A stretch of 35,439 nucleotides of DNA from NCBI GenBank assembly GCA_001825335.1, contig MHWA01000014.1, positions 1 through 35,439 of the forward strand. The letters are read 5' to 3'. Origin of the DNA: Candidatus Zambryskibacteria bacterium RIFCSPLOWO2_01_FULL_35_19. Lineage in GTDB: Bacteria > Patescibacteriota > Minisyncoccia > Phycocordibacterales > WO2-35-19. A program made the translations under genes and the position numbers. Shown in pieces: positions 32,978 through 35,439 of the stretch; the stretch's first letter is position 1, and the number at the start of each line of letters is the position of its first letter. The notes beneath the pieces were generated by a model that saw only the letters and a program-made list of their open reading frames with translations, searched no databases and was not told the DNA's origin.

Positions 32978-35439
32978 TTAAAGACAGATAAAGGAAGCGA
33001 TGGAGTCGCCGGCACGAAGCTTCATAATACGAACACCTTGAGTAGAACGTCCGAGGGTTGGTATTTCAGAAAGACTTAATCTGATAACTTGACTCTTTTT
33101 TGACATAGCTACTGCTTCTTCTTCTAAGCCAGTCACCACTGTAGAAGATATTATTTCGCCTGTTTTAGCAGTAACATTGCTGGTCTTTATACCAGAGCCA
33201 CCTCTCTTTTGAATCTTATATTCAGTGATGATGGTTTTCTTGCCATAACCATTGGTCCCTAATGTAAGAAGGGCTGCATCTTTTTCAGCTTCTTTGGGGA
33301 TAGCATGAGCGCCAATCACTTTGTCACCTTTTTTTAATTTTATTATTCTTACTCCTGCGGCGGTTCGGCCCATTTCTCTGACATCTCCTTCTTTAAACCT
33401 TATTGATTGGCCTTTAGAGGTAACTACTATGCCAGAATCTCCCTTAACCACTCCAGAAACAGAGATTAACTTATCTTTTTCGCCAAGTTTGATAGCGATA
33501 ATACCATTCGCTCTAACATCGTGAAAACTAGAAGCGCTAACTTTTTTGCCAATACCACCTTCGGTAATCATCATCAATGAAAGGTCTTTATCTTCTTTCA
33601 AGTTTTTAGGCATCGGCAAAATAGAAGTAACTCTTTCACCTTCAGAAAGAGAAATAAAGTTCATAATAGATTTACCACGAGTGGCTCTTTTGCCTTCTGG
33701 AAGTTCATACATTTTTATTTGATAAGCTTTGCCAAGGTCAGTAAAGAAGATGAGATCAGAATGAGTGTTGGCAGTCAAAAAATTGATAACAAAATCTTCT
33801 TCTTTGGTATCTAAATCAATCACCCCAACTCCCCCGCGTTTTTGTTTTTTGTATTCGTCTGGACTGGTCCTTTTAACATAACCGCCAGCAGTCAATATGA
33901 GAGTATTTTCTTCATCAGCGATTAAATCTTCAACAGATAGGATTTTAACTCCACCTTTAATCACTTTGGTCCTTCTATCATCTCCATATTTTTCAGAAAT
34001 ATCTGAAAGCTCTTTTTTGATAATTGAAAGTATTTTCTTAGGGTTAGCCAAGATAGTTTTTAGCTCGCCTATCAATTTTTGAACTTCATTTAACTCATCT
34101 TCTATTTTTTGTCTTTCAAGACCAGCCAATTTTTGCAGACGCATCTCTAAAATAGCGTTAGCTTGAAGTTCGGAAAACTTGAAAGTTTTCATCAGGTTGG
34201 CTCGCGCCTCTTCTACGTCTTTTGATTTCTTGATTAATTTAATAATTTCGTCTATATGGTCAAGCGCCTTTTTAAGTCCAAGCAAGATATGCTCCCTAGC
34301 TTCAGCTTCACGCAAATCAAATTCGGTCCTTCTTCTAACTACAATTTGTCTATGTTTTACAAATTCTTCTAAAATGCTTTTTAAAGAGAGAGTTTGAGGC
34401 ACTCCATCAACTAAAGCTACTAGATTCAAATGAAAAGCATCTTCAAGTTGAGTGTGTTTATAAAGATAATTTAAAACTTTTTGGGGATGGCTACCATTTT
34501 TAAGGTCAATAGCTATTCTGATATCTTTGGTAGATTCATCTCTGATGCCTTTGATACCATCAATTTTTTTCTCTCGGACTAAGTCAGCAATTTTTATTAT
34601 GAGCTCCGCTTTGTTTACTCTATAAGGAATAGAGCTAATTATTATTTGAGTGGTATTTTTATCTTCAACTATGTCTGCCACACCGCGAGCAACGATACCG
34701 CCTCGTCCGGTAGCATAAGCGTGATGAATATCTTTAGTATTGAAAATAACGCCTCCAAGCGGAAAGTCTGGTCCTTGCACAAATTGCAACAAATCTTCAG
34801 TAGTGGCCTCTTTATTGTCTATGAGAAAAGAAGTGGCATCTACTACTTCGCGAAGGTTATGAGGAGGAATATTGGTTGCCATACCGACAGCAATACCTAA
34901 AGTGCCATTGAGTAAAAGTTGCGGAGCGACAGCTGGTAAAACTGATGGTTCTTTTTTGGTTGCGTCATAGTTTGGCACCCAATCCACTGTCTCTTTGTTT
35001 ATGTCACGCATAAGTTCACTAGCCACCTTACTCATTTTAGCTTCGGTATAACGCATTGCCGCTGCATTGTCTCCATCGACAGAACCAAAGTTGCCTTGAC
35101 CGATAACAAGTGGATATCTGATGGCAAAGTCTTGAGCCATTTTAACCATCGCTTCATAAGCAGAAGTATCACCGTGAGGGTGATAATTACCTAACACTTC
35201 TCCGACTACTGCAGCTGATTTTCTAGTCTTAGCAGATGATGAAAGACCCATAGTATGCATAGCATAAAGAATACGACGGTGAACAGGTTTTAAACCATCA
35301 CGAACATCAGGTAAAGCTCTGTCAGTGATGACAGACATAGCATAGTCAATAAAAGATTTTTTCATTTCGCTCACGATAGAGCGCGAAATAACGCCCTTTT
35401 GAGCGCCTATATCCTCAATATTTCCAGAATTATTTTCTT
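32978..35439 (-). CDS. gyrA: DNA gyrase subunit A, 5' partial, running off the window
   Basis: [33 protein letters not shown], the AAMRYTE active-site Tyr region and C-terminal beta-pinwheel repeats. The frame stays open upstream of the ORF-track start (GTG 35374) to the window edge (…[22 protein letters not shown]…). Confidence 0.95.
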   Translation of the reverse strand, partial: ENNSGNIEDIGAQKGVISRSIVSEMKKSFIDYAMSVITDRALPDVRDGLKPVHRRILYAMHTMGLSSSAKTRKSAAVVGEVLGNYHPHGDTSAYEAMVKMAQDFAIRYPLVIGQGNFGSVDGDNAAAMRYTEAKMSKVASELMRDINKETVDWVPNYDATKKEPSVLPAVAPQLLLNGTLGIAVGMATNIPPHNLREVVDATSFLIDNKEATTEDLLQFVQGPDFPLGGVIFNTKDIHHAYATGRGGIVARGVADIVEDKNTTQIIISSIPYRVNKAELIIKIADLVREKKIDGIKGIRDESTKDIRIAIDLKNGSHPQKVLNYLYKHTQLEDAFHLNLVALVDGVPQTLSLKSILEEFVKHRQIVVRRRTEFDLREAEAREHILLGLKKALDHIDEIIKLIKKSKDVEEARANLMKTFKFSELQANAILEMRLQKLAGLERQKIEDELNEVQKLIGELKTILANPKKILSIIKKELSDISEKYGDDRRTKVIKGGVKILSVEDLIADEENTLILTAGGYVKRTSPDEYKKQKRGGVGVIDLDTKEEDFVINFLTANTHSDLIFFTDLGKAYQIKMYELPEGKRATRGKSIMNFISLSEGERVTSILPMPKNLKEDKDLSLMMITEGGIGKKVSASSFHDVRANGIIAIKLGEKDKLISVSGVVKGDSGIVVTSKGQSIRFKEGDVREMGRTAAGVRIIKLKKGDKVIGAHAIPKEAEKDAALLTLGTNGYGKKTIITEYKIQKRGGSGIKTSNVTAKTGEIISSTVVTGLEEEAVAMSKKSQVIRLSLSEIPTLGRSTQGVRIMKLRAGDSIASFICL

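Noticed and set aside
1-35439. Alternative genetic code (UGA recoding, as in some CPR lineages)
   Set aside because: All conserved genes (topA, clpB, gyrA, infB, serS) are full-length and uninterrupted under the standard code, and several end at positions consistent with normal stops.

Overview
This is an AT-rich bacterial chromosomal segment of about 35.4 kb, roughly 30-35% GC by eye, read with the standard genetic code. The gene content and style suggest a small-genome CPR/Patescibacteria-like organism. That is inference from tandem VirB2/TrbC-like pilin paralogs, truncated IF-2 and Rel proteins, and compact operons.

Most of the window is housekeeping:
- Proteins: serS, dprA, topA, rel, parB, miaA, rpmG, clpB, a cysteine desulfurase, infB, rbfA and gyrA (5' partial).
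- RNAs: seven tRNAs, namely Leu-CAA, Trp-CCA, Tyr-GTA, Cys-GCA, Leu-TAA, Lys-CTT and Leu-TAG, plus a type-A RNase P RNA.

The non-routine content is:
1. Two visibly GC-richer islands.
   - ~6975-7914 holds three small membrane-protein genes, including an Flp-like prepilin. It is bracketed by copies of a hairpin repeat that also flanks a RAYT/IS200-like HUH transposase gene.
   - ~26128-28790 holds an SPFH/band-7 protein and a polytopic membrane protein with a lysozyme/transglycosylase-like domain. It lies directly after a tRNA cluster and rnpB.
2. A seven-gene tandem array of VirB2/TrbC-like small pilins, translationally coupled to an orphan solute-binding protein.
3. A family of short GC-rich nucleotide elements sitting in-frame inside conserved genes (dprA, topA, miaA, cysteine desulfurase) and inside rnpB.
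4. An XRE-HTH::MurA-like fusion in a cell-wall neighbourhood, with AT palindromes nearby.
5. A membrane-anchored Clp/Hsp100 paralog whose first ATPase domain looks dead.

I saw no CRISPR array, rRNA, integrase or recognisable defence genes.
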